Shown: positions 37,586 through 45,988, numbered from the stretch's first letter. The stretch is 64,000 nucleotides of DNA from a virus (IMGVR_UViG_3300023179_000037:1-64000), one strand, 5' to 3'. The notes: generated by a model from the sequence alone, not told the origin. Numbers and translations are program-made.

Positions 37586-39046
37586 ATGCGCTTTTATACT
37601 AATGTAGTAAGTTTTGGTAACAAAATACTTGTTCGAGGAATAAACAACGGTAAAAGAGTACAAGATCGAATTGATTTCGGCCCAACTCTTTTTATTAGAT
37701 CAAACAAATCATCTGAATATAAATCCTTATATGGTCAAAACTTAGAATCAATTGCCTTTGAATCAATTAATGAAACTAGGGATTTTATAAAGCGATATAA
37801 AGAAGTAAAAGATTTCCCCATATTTGGTAATACTAATTTTGCATATCAATATATTACTAAAGAATTTCCTGAAGATATAGAATTCGATATTAGTCAGATA
37901 AAAATATGGACAATCGATATTGAAACTTCTGCAGAATTTGGTTTTCCCGATGTTTCTGATCCGATTGAAGAACTATTACTAATTACCATTCAAGATTTTA
38001 ATACTAAAGAAATAGTTTCGTTCGGCACTAGACATTGTAATTCTATAAAAGAAAATCATACATATCATCGCTGTAAAGATGAATATGATCTCTTTAAGAA
38101 ATTTATTGACTTTATGTCTAACGACTATCCTCATATTATTACGGGTTGGAATATTGAATTTTTTGACATTCCTTATCTATGCAATAGAATTCGTAAGATT
38201 CTCGGTGAGGATATTTTAAAACAATTATCTCCCTGGAATGTGGTCAATCAAAGAGAAATTAGTAGATTCAAAAGTATAGAAACAGTTTTTGATATTTTGG
38301 GGATATCTATTTTAGATTATTTAGATTTATATAGAAAATTCACATATACTGCACAAGAATCCTACAAATTAGATCACATTGCTAAAGTAGAACTTGGAAA
38401 AGAAAAAATTGACTATGGTGAATACGATTCGTTTAGAATGTTTTATAAAAATAATTGGCAAAAGTTTGTTGAATATAACGTAGTTGACGTTGAACTTGTA
38501 GATCAACTTGAAGATAAAATGAAGTTGATTGAATTGATTCTTACAATGGCATATGATGCTAAATGTAATTACGTTGATGTATTTTCAGCAGTAAGGACAT
38601 GGGATTGTATTTTGTGGAATCATCTTTGGAAAAAGAACATTGTTGCTCATCAGAGGGATGAGTCTAGAAGTGGTAGACAAATTGAAGGGGCATTTGTACA
38701 AGAACCCAAACCCGGTAAATATGATTGGGTGGTATCTTTCGATGCAACAAGTCTATATCCAAGTATTATTATGCAGTATAATATGTCACCCGAAACAATT
38801 ATGCCGGGAAAAGAAGATGTAACAGTTGATACATTAATTAATAAAGAGCATTCACTTGATACATTGAAAAAAGATAAACTTTGTATGGCAGCAAATGGTT
38901 ATAAGTTTAAAACAGATAAGCAAGGTATTTTTCCTGAAATTGTACAAAAATTATTTGATGACCGGCAAAAGTATAAAAAATTGATGATTGCCGCTCAAAA
39001 AGAGATGCAGTTAATAGAAGAAGAAATACGAAGAAGATCGTCATAA
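37586..39046 (+). CDS. 43: DNA polymerase gp43A (exonuclease, motif A, first finger helix)
   Basis: DIET, GWNIEFFDIPY, YNVVDV, SFDATSLYPS; ends within the fingers domain. Confidence 0.93.
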   Translation: MRFYTNVVSFGNKILVRGINNGKRVQDRIDFGPTLFIRSNKSSEYKSLYGQNLESIAFESINETRDFIKRYKEVKDFPIFGNTNFAYQYITKEFPEDIEFDISQIKIWTIDIETSAEFGFPDVSDPIEELLLITIQDFNTKEIVSFGTRHCNSIKENHTYHRCKDEYDLFKKFIDFMSNDYPHIITGWNIEFFDIPYLCNRIRKILGEDILKQLSPWNVVNQREISRFKSIETVFDILGISILDYLDLYRKFTYTAQESYKLDHIAKVELGKEKIDYGEYDSFRMFYKNNWQKFVEYNVVDVELVDQLEDKMKLIELILTMAYDAKCNYVDVFSAVRTWDCILWNHLWKKNIVAHQRDESRSGRQIEGAFVQEPKPGKYDWVVSFDATSLYPSIIMQYNMSPETIMPGKEDVTVDTLINKEHSLDTLKKDKLCMAANGYKFKTDKQGIFPEIVQKLFDDRQKYKKLMIAAQKEMQLIEEEIRRRSS

Positions 39047-39234
39047 TATTCAAAAAGCAATAGAGAAAAGAATTGGAAGTAAGGATTCCCTCGAAACCAT
39101 CTTTAAAAGAGCAAACTCGGTGAAGAATTTTTATTCTAACAATGTGAGCATTTTAAAGGACGTACCAAAATCAGCAGAACATAAACCGCCATCAATATGA
39201 AAAGATGGCATTTTGAACGTTGCAAAAGGAAAAT
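39047..39234 (+). pseudogene. homing endonuclease remnant between gp43A and gp43B
   Basis: Frame-broken GSKDSLET..KR and PKSAEHK (NUMOD3-like), then NMKRWHFERCK. Confidence 0.6.
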
Positions 39235-40342
39235 ATGAACCTTAAAAATCTTTCTATGGAGGAACTGCAAGCGCTTCGAAAAGACACTGAGAAGAAAATT
39301 TCTAGTTTGAATAATTATCAAATGGCTAGAAAAATTCAACTCAATAGTCTTTTCGGTGCGCTTGGTTAACTAAGGTAACGAATACTTTAGATTTTATGAT
39401 GATAGAATAGCAGAAGGCATTACAATTACTGGGCAGTATACAATTAGGACTGTAGGCAAAGCTCTAAATGAATATCTTAATAAGGTATGTAGTACTAACG
39501 ACTATACTTATTCTTTTTATTCAGATACTGATGCATGTTATATTACGCTTGATCCCTTAGTGCAAAAATTTTATAAAGATATGCCTAAGGACAAAGTTGT
39601 GGAAATTCTTGATAAAATCTGCGATGAAAAGATAGAAAAGGCAATCAATAAGGCATGCGATGATCTCATGTCTTATACCAATTCCTTTGAACGAAAGGTA
39701 TACTTTAAACGAGAAGTAATTGCTGATAGAGGTATTTGGGTAGCAAAGAAAAGATATGCTTTGAATGTCTATAACAATGAAGGCGTACAGTATAAAGAGC
39801 CAAAGTTAAAAGTAATGGGTTTAGAAATTGTTAGATCTTCCACTCCAGAGCCTGTTAGAAAGGCATTAAAAGAAGCAGTAAATTTAGCATTGACTAAAAC
39901 AGAATTACATATTCAAAAATATATTAAAGATTTCGAAGAGGAGTATAAGACACTTAAAGTAGAAGATATTGCTTTTCCTAGAAGTGTAAATGGTATTAAC
40001 AAATATAGTGACAAGTCAAGTATTTATAGACAAAGTACTCCAATGCACGTAAGAGGTTCTCTTTTATATAATTTCCATTTAAAGAATAAAAACTTAGATA
40101 AAAAATATGAGTTGATTAGAGAGGGAGACAAGATTAAATTTATATATTTGAAAGAACCAAATACTATAGGAGAAAATTGTATTGCATTTATTTCATCCAT
40201 ACCCGACGAATTTCAATTGACACAGTATGTCGATTATAATATAATGTTTGAGAAGTCTTTTCTTGAACCATTAACAACTATTTTAAATGGTATTGGTTGG
40301 AATGCTAAACCAATAGCAACTTTGGAAGGTTTGTTTGCATAG
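39235..40342 (+). CDS. 43: DNA polymerase gp43B, interrupted by a 10-nt coding gap at 39367-39376
   Basis: SD AGGA; MNLKN...QMARKIQLNSLFGALG* continues in the +1 frame as NEYFRFYD...YSDTD...KKRYA...TLEGLFA. Confidence 0.88.
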
Positions 40343-40351
40343 GAGTTTTTT

Positions 40352-41413
40352 ATGTCTCTATTAGAAAAATTAAAAAAGAATTCTACAATAAAGGAAACAG
40401 AAGTATTGGACAAGTCCAAATTCTTTTTGAAAAAGGATATGATTCAAACTTCTGTACCAATGATAAATGTTGCTTTATCGGGATCTTTAGAAGGAGGATT
40501 GTCGCCGGGACTTACAGTATTTGCCGGCCCATCCAAGCATTTTAAAACCGCGTTTTCTTTACTATGTGCAAAGGCTTATTTAGACAAATATGAAGATGCT
40601 ATTATTTTATTTTACGATTCTGAGTTTGGTAGCCCTCAGTCTTATTTTGATAACTTCAGTATCGACACATCCCGTGTTCTTCATACGCCCATAACTGATA
40701 TTGAGCAATTAAAATTTGATAGTATGCAACAGATCAATAATATTGAGCGCGGAGATCACGTAATGATTGTAGTTGATTCTGTAGGCAATCTTGCATCCAA
40801 GAAAGAAGTAGAAGATGCTTTAGAAGGCAAATCGGTTGCGGACATGACACGTGCTAAACAAATGAAATCTTTGTTTAGAATGATTACCCCACATCTAACA
40901 ATCAAAGATATCCCAATGGTTGTAGTTAACCACACATATTCGGAAATAGGATTATTTCCGAAACAAATTGTTTCCGGTGGCACTGGATTAGTTTACTCAG
41001 CAGATAATATTTTCATTATTGGACGCCAACAAGAAAAAGATGGTGCTGATGTAGTAGGGTTTAACTTTATTATAAATGTAGAGAAATCTAGATTCGTCAG
41101 AGAAAAATCTAAAATTCCGATCGAGGTATCTTTTGAGGGTGGTATCAGCACATGGTCGGGTCTACTTGATGTTGCTATGGATGGTGGATTTGTTGTTAAA
41201 CCTAGTAACGGTTGGTATTCGCATAAAGGGACTGAAAAGAAACATAGACATAAGGATACGTATACTAAAGAGTTTTGGATGCCTATTTTAACTAGCAAAG
41301 AGTTCCGAGATTATATAGAATCAAGATTTAAAATTGCTGGTACAGATATGTTACAAACAAGATTAACAGATGAGGATTTAGACCAGGAGTTTGATAATGC
41401 TAGTGAAGTATGA
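40352..41413 (+). CDS. uvsX: UvsX RecA-like recombinase
   Basis: AGPSKHFKT, YDSEFG, DSVGNLAS, SGGTG. Confidence 0.95.
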   Translation: MSLLEKLKKNSTIKETEVLDKSKFFLKKDMIQTSVPMINVALSGSLEGGLSPGLTVFAGPSKHFKTAFSLLCAKAYLDKYEDAIILFYDSEFGSPQSYFDNFSIDTSRVLHTPITDIEQLKFDSMQQINNIERGDHVMIVVDSVGNLASKKEVEDALEGKSVADMTRAKQMKSLFRMITPHLTIKDIPMVVVNHTYSEIGLFPKQIVSGGTGLVYSADNIFIIGRQQEKDGADVVGFNFIINVEKSRFVREKSKIPIEVSFEGGISTWSGLLDVAMDGGFVVKPSNGWYSHKGTEKKHRHKDTYTKEFWMPILTSKEFRDYIESRFKIAGTDMLQTRLTDEDLDQEFDNASEV

Positions 41414-41690
41414 ACCATGGAATATTGAAGATACTACTTGGGGTATAGAAATTGTAGAAGGAGAATTCAAGGGAACAAAAATTAGTATTAATGATATTTC
41501 TATGCCAAAAGAAAATGGGGATGAGATGTTATTAGATTTTAATTTTATAAAAATACCTGAGGGAAAGACTGATCAAGATATGAATTCCGATGAATTTAAT
41601 ATTACAATAAATTTTATTCTCAACGATATCTTAACTAAAGCTATAGATGAATTTCAAAATAGAAACCGTAATACTTCAAAATCTGATTAA
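41397..41690 (+). CDS. hypothetical protein in the gp40 position
   Basis: Acidic ORF between uvsX and gene 41. Confidence 0.6.
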   Translation: MLVKYEPWNIEDTTWGIEIVEGEFKGTKISINDISMPKENGDEMLLDFNFIKIPEGKTDQDMNSDEFNITINFILNDILTKAIDEFQNRNRNTSKSD

Positions 41691-42276
41691 TAACGAAGAA
41701 TACATGCGTAAAGTTATTCCGTTTTTAAAACGAGAATATTTTACTAGTAATATGGAGCAACAAATATATGATGAGGTAAAAAAATTTATAGATGAATACA
41801 ATACGTTGCCCAGCAGAGATGCGTTAGTTATTGCTTTTCAAAATAATAGAAACCTAAATGAAGAGCAATACAAAGAGGTAATAGAATATGTAAATACACT
41901 TGAAACGACAAACCACAATAAAGATTGGCTCTTGGATCAGACTGAAAAATTTTGCAAAGACAAAGCAATTTATAATGCAATACTGAGCTCTATTTCCATT
42001 ATTGATGGTCGTAATAAAAATTTATCTACAGATGGAATACCAAGTTTATTACAAGAAGCTCTTGCAGTATGTTTCGATAATAATGTAGGGCATGACTATA
42101 TTGACAATGCGAATGCTAGATATGATTTTTATCATAAGGTAGAGTCAAGAATACCCTTTGATCTTGATTATTTTAATAAGATCACTAATGGTGGTCTTCC
42201 TAATAAGACATTAAATGTAGTTTTAGCTGGGTGTGTACACCCCAATACTAAAGTTAGAATTCGTTTTAAAAAGTAG
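41647..42276 (+). CDS. 41: replicative helicase gp41 N-part fused to a split-intein N-fragment
   Basis: TEKFCKDKAIYNA, VGHDY, ITNGGLPNKTLNVVLAG, then CVHPNTKVRIRFKK*. Confidence 0.9.
   Translation: MNFKIETVILQNLINNEEYMRKVIPFLKREYFTSNMEQQIYDEVKKFIDEYNTLPSRDALVIAFQNNRNLNEEQYKEVIEYVNTLETTNHNKDWLLDQTEKFCKDKAIYNAILSSISIIDGRNKNLSTDGIPSLLQEALAVCFDNNVGHDYIDNANARYDFYHKVESRIPFDLDYFNKITNGGLPNKTLNVVLAGCVHPNTKVRIRFKK
42232..42273 (+). mobile_element. split intein N-fragment (14 aa)
   Basis: Block A-like CVHPNTKVRI starting at Cys1 within the Walker A loop. Confidence 0.85.
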
Positions 42277-42406
42277 CACCAAGGCGATATCCTTAATTGG
42301 TTTTCTCGTCCTCTTTGAACCCAAATAGCCCGTTTCTCTTTAGAAAAACCATGAAAACCTATTTTATTATCCCTGCAATATTCTATTTGTATTTTTAGGA
42401 GTTTTA
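42277..42406 (-). pseudogene. probable antisense homing endonuclease remnant
   Basis: Minus strand reads YCRDNKIGFHGFSKEKRAIWVQRGRENQ; lies between the intein halves. Confidence 0.45.
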
Positions 42407-42793
42407 ATGAAAGATTGGATAGTAAAAGATGTAGAAATTCAAGAAATAAACAATCTTTTGCAACAAGGATATGAAGTTCAAGTTGATAGCCCCGATGGTT
42501 GGATAGATGTAGATCTATTTGTCGATAAGGGAATGTGGCCAGAATATGTTCTAAATACATCTAATGGATATATTGTTAAATGTAATGAAAATCATTTATT
42601 TGAAACAACCTCTGGTTGGGTAAGAGCCAAAGAATTATTGGATTTCCAATCTTCTCAGGTCATAACTGTTCTAACAGATAAAGGATGGCTTACTGCAAAT
42701 ATTGAAAAAACGAGTAACCTTATTCCCATAGTAGATATCAGAGTCAATCATCCAAACCATAGGTACTATACCAATGGAGTAAGTTCGCATAAT
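42407..42793 (+). mobile_element. split intein C-fragment (129 aa)
   Basis: Block B-like CNENHLF, block F/G IVDIRV..NHRYYTNGVSSHN, +1 Thr. Confidence 0.85.
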
Positions 42794-43609
42794 ACAGGTG
42801 TTGGAAAATCTTTATTTATGTGTCACGTTGCTGCATCTATTTTATCGCAAGGTAAAAATGTTCTGTATATTACTTTGGAGATGGCAGAGGAAAGAATTGC
42901 CGAAAGAATAGATGCCAATTTAATGAATATAACAATGGATCAATTAAAAGATTTACCTAAGCCGCTATTCACTAATAGAATAGAAAAAATACGAAATAAA
43001 ACTAATGGTAAATTAGTTATCAAAGAATATCCAACTACTAGCGCACACGTGGGACATTTTAAATCTTTACTTAACGAATTACAACTAAAAAGACAATTCA
43101 AACCCCATATAATTGTTGTAGATTATTTAAATATCTGCGCATCATCTAGATTTAAAGCTGGTGCTAATATAAATTCCTATACATTAATTAAATCTATTGC
43201 TGAAGAACTAAGAGGATTGGCAGTAGAAGAGAACTTACCCATTTTATCTGCGACTCAAACTACCAGAGGCGGGTATGGAAATACTGACGTTGAACTTACA
43301 GATACTTCAGAATCATTTGGTCTTCCTGCTACAGTTGATCTCATGTTTGCTCTTATTGCAACTGAAGAACTAGATCAATTAAATCAGATAATGGTCAAAC
43401 AACTTAAAAATAGATATAACGATCCAACAATAAATAAAAGATTCGTAATAGGTATTGATAGAGCAAAAATGAAATTATATGATTTGGAACAGACAGCACA
43501 AAAGGGTTTATCTGATTCTGGTATTAAGTTAGATGAGAATAAACTTGAGCAATATGATTTAAGTAATGTTTTTAAAAAATCCAGAGATTTTTCTGGTATC
43601 AAAATATAG
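42407..43609 (+). CDS. 41: split-intein C-fragment fused to helicase gp41 C-part
   Basis: SD AGGAG; ...YYTNGVSSHN then TGVGKS, ITLEMAEE, VDYL, SATQT, SESFGLP, KNRY. Confidence 0.9.
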   Translation: MKDWIVKDVEIQEINNLLQQGYEVQVDSPDGWIDVDLFVDKGMWPEYVLNTSNGYIVKCNENHLFETTSGWVRAKELLDFQSSQVITVLTDKGWLTANIEKTSNLIPIVDIRVNHPNHRYYTNGVSSHNTGVGKSLFMCHVAASILSQGKNVLYITLEMAEERIAERIDANLMNITMDQLKDLPKPLFTNRIEKIRNKTNGKLVIKEYPTTSAHVGHFKSLLNELQLKRQFKPHIIVVDYLNICASSRFKAGANINSYTLIKSIAEELRGLAVEENLPILSATQTTRGGYGNTDVELTDTSESFGLPATVDLMFALIATEELDQLNQIMVKQLKNRYNDPTINKRFVIGIDRAKMKLYDLEQTAQKGLSDSGIKLDENKLEQYDLSNVFKKSRDFSGIKI

Positions 43610-43617
43610 GAGGCAAC

Positions 43618-43773
43618 ATGCTTTTTCCGCACCCAAACAAACAAACAGTCCAAGAACAAATTGATGAAGAAAAATTACTTCTTAAAGAAGTATTAAATGA
43701 TAAACCAAAAAAAATTAAGAAGATAGAAGAAGAATTATTTAATCAAGAACCATCTTCTATATTAGATAAATAA
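43618..43773 (+). CDS. 51-aa hypothetical protein
   Basis: SD AGGAGG; hand-translated. Confidence 0.5.
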   Translation: MLFPHPNKQTVQEQIDEEKLLLKEVLNDKPKKIKKIEEELFNQEPSSILDK

Positions 43774-43873
43774 TAGTAACAGAAAGCTTGGGAAATAGAA
43801 GCATTTAAGTTAGAGGGGGAAATGTTAAATTATTTTAGGAGAAATACTGGTACATAATTAAGAAAGGATTAGT

Positions 43874-44035
43874 ATGAACTCAATAACATTTACGTTAATT
43901 GACCTTGGACAAATTGCTTTACTATTGGCAGCATGTTATGGATGTTATATTAAGGGAGTTAATAAGGGAATAGGCGATACTTTAGAGTTCTTTGAGGAAC
44001 AAGGATTAATAGAAAAAGAAGAAATAAGCGAATAA
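43874..44035 (+). CDS. 53-aa membrane protein
   Basis: SD AAGGA; N-terminal hydrophobic segment. Confidence 0.5.
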   Translation: MNSITFTLIDLGQIALLLAACYGCYIKGVNKGIGDTLEFFEEQGLIEKEEISE

Positions 44036-44078
44036 TAGTTACGATGTTGTTTTTTCACAACACTAAGTACCCGAGCAT

Positions 44079-44107
44079 TTGACTCGGGTTACTTTTTCTA
44101 TTATAAT
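44079..44107 (+). promoter_or_regulatory. sigma70-type promoter with overlapping palindrome
   Basis: TTGACT-17-TATAAT; ACCCGAG/CTCGGGT inverted repeat spans the -35. Confidence 0.7.
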
Positions 44108-44113
44108 AATGAT

Positions 44114-44494
44114 ATGAACTTAGAAATCGGAAAATTCGTAGAGCTCAAAATACGTCAATATTCTTATCTTTATAAGAATGAGGGGTGGATTGAGAAAACT
44201 ATAAAAGGACAAATCGTTCCTAATCCCAAATGGTTAGACGACGATTACGTTAGTATTTTGACAGATCAATCACATTTTCCTGTTTCAATGGTTTTTAAAC
44301 AAAACATTATAGGGCTAGATATAGCAAAAGGTAGAACTGCTAGTAGATTTTTTAATGTAAAATCAAAAAAGACAGGTAAACAATATAAAGTAATTTCAAG
44401 TAATGGTTCAGTTACTTGTGATTGTATTGGTTTTCAGTATCGTAAGTCATGTAAGCATTCATTGGCTGTAAAGAAATTTATTCAAAATGCTTGA
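44114..44494 (+). CDS. SWIM zinc-finger protein
   Basis: CDCIGFQYRKSCKH. Confidence 0.75.
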   Translation: MNLEIGKFVELKIRQYSYLYKNEGWIEKTIKGQIVPNPKWLDDDYVSILTDQSHFPVSMVFKQNIIGLDIAKGRTASRFFNVKSKKTGKQYKVISSNGSVTCDCIGFQYRKSCKHSLAVKKFIQNA

Positions 44495-44519
44495 CATTGT
44501 ATACAAATGAATTTATAAT
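44491..44519 (+). promoter_or_regulatory. sigma70 consensus early promoter
   Basis: TTGACA-17-TATAAT. Confidence 0.85.
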
Positions 44520-44567
44520 TTAAGTGTAGTAGTTAATTTATTCAATTTTTTGAGAGGTAATATTATT

Positions 44568-44993
44568 ATGTCAGATTCATATTTCACAGTAGCGGGTGTT
44601 TCTACTCAAAATGGTTCCACTAAGGTTCGTTTTGCCAATGACCTAGCATCTCGTGTTAAATTGCTTGCAAGGGGTGGCCATAGTCCATTGGAACTTATTC
44701 AGCTTCCAACAGCAATGACGAAGGCAGAAGCTTGCCAATACTTGCTAGATTTTGGGGGTGTTTTTACGCAGTGGAACGCGCTTATCACAGAAACTATTGG
44801 TAAGAAATCCGGTGTTTCGGCTGTACATAAAGCTGCAGCAACATCTAAAGCGCCGAAAGTTGCTAAGGCGCAGGCAACGGTCAATGCTCCTGTTAAGACC
44901 AAAGCTGTAAAGCAACCCAAGATTGTCGTAGCCCCCAAAGCTGAAGACGAGGATCTTGAGATCGAAGAGCTGAAGCAAATTGCAGCCGTATAA
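44568..44993 (+). CDS. hypothetical protein with K/A/P-rich tail
   Basis: KVRFAND motif; basic tail. Confidence 0.65.
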   Translation: MSDSYFTVAGVSTQNGSTKVRFANDLASRVKLLARGGHSPLELIQLPTAMTKAEACQYLLDFGGVFTQWNALITETIGKKSGVSAVHKAAATSKAPKVAKAQATVNAPVKTKAVKQPKIVVAPKAEDEDLEIEELKQIAAV

Positions 44994-45086
44994 CGTCGGG
45001 AGACGTTAATTAAGGGGGAGCGGCATACAATGCCTGTTCTTAAATAACAATAGTGTGCCCAAATACGCATATCCATACCAACAATT

Positions 45087-45170
45087 ACCACCGAGCCCGA
45101 TATCGGTCTTCTAAATCGATCCTTAGATTCGGGTGGAAGGCATGAGGTTCGATTCCTCCCGGTGGTGCCA
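45087..45170 (+). ncRNA. non-canonical tRNA-like RNA, UCU anticodon, no D-arm
   Basis: ACCACCG/CGGTGGT + GCCA; ATCGGT-CTTCTAA-ATCGAT; GAGG-TTCGATT-CCTC. Confidence 0.7.
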
Positions 45171-45230
45171 AAACATAAAAAAACAAATGATATTGCTTGT
45201 TACTAATAACTAATTACTATAAAATAGAGC

Positions 45231-45788
45231 ATGAATAGAAATTTAGAGCATTACATGAAATTTTATCGAAATCATCTAAATAATGATTTGGTAAAAAGAA
45301 CAATGGGTGAATTACTAACTACTGATTATAATAAACATACATTTTACAATGTAACAAGTAATTCTAATCATTCGTATGATGACGATTTGTTTATAACTTA
45401 CAATACTTCAACATCTGACGAAATTATGAAAAGAATCTGGGAAGGAATTTATTCCTACTATCAAGATATGAATTTTTCTTGGTTTTCAGGTTGGAAAGGA
45501 TTTTCTAAAGTTAGATTTAACAAGTATCCTGTAGGAACAAATATGAAACCGCACTGCGACCATATACATAGTTTATTTGATGGTAGTATAAAAGGTATTC
45601 CTATTTTAAGTGTTTTAGGAAGCTTAAATGATGACTATGAAGGCGGTGAATTAATTTTTTTCGATAACCAAAAAATAGTATTAAATGCTGGTGACATAGT
45701 TATTTTTCCTTCTAATTTTTTATTTCCTCATGCTGTGAAAAATGTTACTAAAGGAACAAGATATAGTTTTGTATCTTGGGTTTGGTAA
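45231..45788 (+). CDS. 2OG-Fe(II) oxygenase (prolyl-4-hydroxylase-like)
   Basis: HCD, LNDDYEGGEL, FPS...H.V..VTKGTRYS. Confidence 0.88.
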   Translation: MNRNLEHYMKFYRNHLNNDLVKRTMGELLTTDYNKHTFYNVTSNSNHSYDDDLFITYNTSTSDEIMKRIWEGIYSYYQDMNFSWFSGWKGFSKVRFNKYPVGTNMKPHCDHIHSLFDGSIKGIPILSVLGSLNDDYEGGELIFFDNQKIVLNAGDIVIFPSNFLFPHAVKNVTKGTRYSFVSWVW

Positions 45789-45793
45789 GTATT

Positions 45794-45876
45794 GGGGATG
45801 TGGTGAAATTGGTAGACACACCTGGTTTAAGCCCAGACGTTTCGACGTGAGAGTTCGAATCTCTCCATCCCCACCA
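45794..45876 (+). tRNA. tRNA-Leu(TAA)
   Basis: GGGGATG/CATCCCC, TTTAAGC loop, long variable arm, ACCA. Confidence 0.92.
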
Positions 45877-45890
45877 ATAGGTTTCTTTGT

Positions 45891-45964
45891 GCGACCATAG
45901 CTCAGAGGTCAGCAGCGCCCGGCTCATAACCGGTGGGTCCCTGGTTCGAATCCAGGTGGTCGCA
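45891..45964 (+). tRNA. tRNA with CAT anticodon, no encoded CCA
   Basis: GCGACCA/TGGTCGC, CCGG-CTCATAA-CCGG, CCTGG-TTCGAAT-CCAGG. Confidence 0.8.
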
Positions 45965-45980
45965 CAAAGAAACTTATAGG

Positions 45981-45988
45981 TATAAATA
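45981..45988 (+). promoter_or_regulatory. T4-type late promoter
   Basis: TATAAATA upstream of 46017. Confidence 0.55.

Noticed and set aside
38950-39300. Split intein joining gp43A and gp43B
   Set aside because: No Cys/Ser block A after the A part and no HN-C/S/T motif in the B part
39367-39369. Stop-codon reassignment as the explanation for the broken genes
   Set aside because: TAA, TAG and TGA all terminate ordinary genes here, and readthrough would not restore the frame
39365-39374. The gp43B insert can be written GT...AG (GTTAACTAAG), like a spliceosomal intron
   Set aside because: Bacteriophage context and only 10 nt; it follows from the GGT direct repeat
39367-39376. Intact self-splicing group I intron in gp43B
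   Set aside because: No room for a catalytic core; at most a P1-like remnant
39560-40342. Track ORF as the complete polymerase C-subunit
   Set aside because: It starts after motif B and the catalytic DTD; conserved coding sequence extends upstream to 39377 and 39235
42168-42560. Minus-strand 130-aa ORF as an intact gene
   Set aside because: Both ends are antisense to gp41 and intein coding sequence; only the central spacer looks like a relic
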